From positions 1 to 37,140 of the IMG/VR virus record IMGVR_UViG_3300028422_001987: a stretch of DNA of 37,140 nt; one strand, written 5' to 3'. Every line of letters starts with the position of its first letter. Position 1 is the first letter of the stretch. This DNA is from a virus (taxonomy: Duplodnaviria; Caudoviricetes). Position numbers and translations under genes: made by a program. Below the pieces are notes generated by a model. It ran no database searches. It was not told the origin of the DNA and worked only from the letters and a program-made list of their open reading frames with translations. Shown here one piece after another: positions 36,432 to 37,140 of this stretch.

Positions 36432-37140
36432 CGGTACGCCGCCCCATCGGCCTGGGGACACTCGGACTCCCATTTATCAGGTCTGGAGCGCAGGCTGCAC
36501 CGGTGCACCAGCCCGTTGTAACGCTTGGTCCCCTAGATCTCATAGACCCACGTCCGCGCAGTGCTCTGGCAGACCTCACGACCGCGTTGCGGGTGGAATT
36601 TGGGCACGTAGGTGGCGCACCAAATGGTGCGGTCGAGTTAGAGGCGCCTGGAGCAGTAGAGGTCTGTGGTAGGTTGCATCGCGTGTGGTCCGCCCCGTGG
36701 ATCGACTCACCGCGGGTAGCTGTGGCTGTTGGCACGCGGCTGTTGCGATGGCTGGCACGGCCTCGCTGGACCACATCAGCTACCGTCTCACTGCGGTGGT
36801 ACCGCCTCTCACCCGGGGACTGGATATCAGTAGAGCATCCACTGCTGCCGGTACAAGGCACAGCACTGGTGCTGGATTCGTCAATTGCTGATGATGGCAT
36901 TACTCTGGAGTTCGAGTCGCACCCCGGTGGGGTCCGCCCAAAGGTGGTTGTGGTGCAGTTGGCCGGCACCTGGTCGAGCGCAACACAGGTGTCAGTGGCG
37001 GTAGAGGAGTACAGGGATGGCGCGGCTAGACTGTTGGTTTTGGGTGCGGATGGGCGGCCGTTGGCCGGTGCAGACGTGCGCTTAGACGGAGGAGTGGCTA
37101 CACGTACAGATAGCGCTGGGCGTGTCCAATTCTCATCCAA
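36428..37140 (+). CDS. Tail tip protein, C-terminal part (runs off the window; not in the ORF track)
   Basis: GTGA-coupled frame open to the window end: ...LRVEFG...APWIDSPRVA...LARPRW...LSPGDWISVEHPLLP...PLAGADVRLDGGVATRTDSAGRVQF. Confidence 0.7.
   Translation, partial: MTVRRPIGLGTLGLPFIRSGAQAAPVHQPVVTLGPLDLIDPRPRSALADLTTALRVEFGHVGGAPNGAVELEAPGAVEVCGRLHRVWSAPWIDSPRVAVAVGTRLLRWLARPRWTTSATVSLRWYRLSPGDWISVEHPLLPVQGTALVLDSSIADDGITLEFESHPGGVRPKVVVVQLAGTWSSATQVSVAVEEYRDGAARLLVLGADGRPLAGADVRLDGGVATRTDSAGRVQFSS

Larger units (their letters stand above)
1..37140. mobile_element. Mu-like transposable prophage, siphovirus-type tail, ends not in window
   Basis: DDE transposase, MuB, Gam, GemA, Mor, Mu-type terminase/portal/F/G/I, capsid, tail tube and tape measure are all present. 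No sheath gene. Confidence 0.96.

Noticed and set aside
34381-37140. Diversity-generating retroelement or Gin-type invertible fibre segment
   Set aside because: No reverse transcriptase, template repeat, invertase or inverted fibre copy within the window.
36316-37140. 274-aa minus-strand ORF
   Set aside because: It is the antisense shadow of the coupled + ORF starting at 36428.
1-37140. CRISPR array, tRNA/rRNA, prophage ends
   Set aside because: No spaced repeat array or RNA gene was recognised. Both window edges fall at or within phage genes.

Overview
The whole window is the interior of a GC-rich transposable (Mu-like) prophage with a non-contractile (sipho-type) tail, probably from a proteobacterium. 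Neither genome end is in view. It has two divergent arms. The left arm (minus strand, read from ~19.5 kb to 1) runs Ner/Cro, small early genes, transposase A, ATPase B, Gam, GemA, Mor/C, lysis cassette, terminase, portal, MuF and gpG. The right arm (plus strand) runs repressor, small accessory genes, protease/scaffold I/Z, decoration protein, capsid, connectors, tail tube, tape measure, tail tip and fibre. Main observations: (1) a perfect 19-bp inverted repeat brackets the ner-repressor switch; (2) an Acb2-like anti-CBASS sponge is fused to a second domain inside the lysis operon; (3) MuF carries an ADP-ribosyltransferase domain and is followed by an internally duplicated candidate immunity protein; (4) the head module is split between G and I across opposite strands, with a matching late-promoter box on each half; (5) the tail region lacks chaperone genes, has an internal start and slippery site in the 1128-aa protein, and has a tail-tip gene apparently split by a fibre cassette. 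All family calls come from motif recognition by eye; no searches were run.
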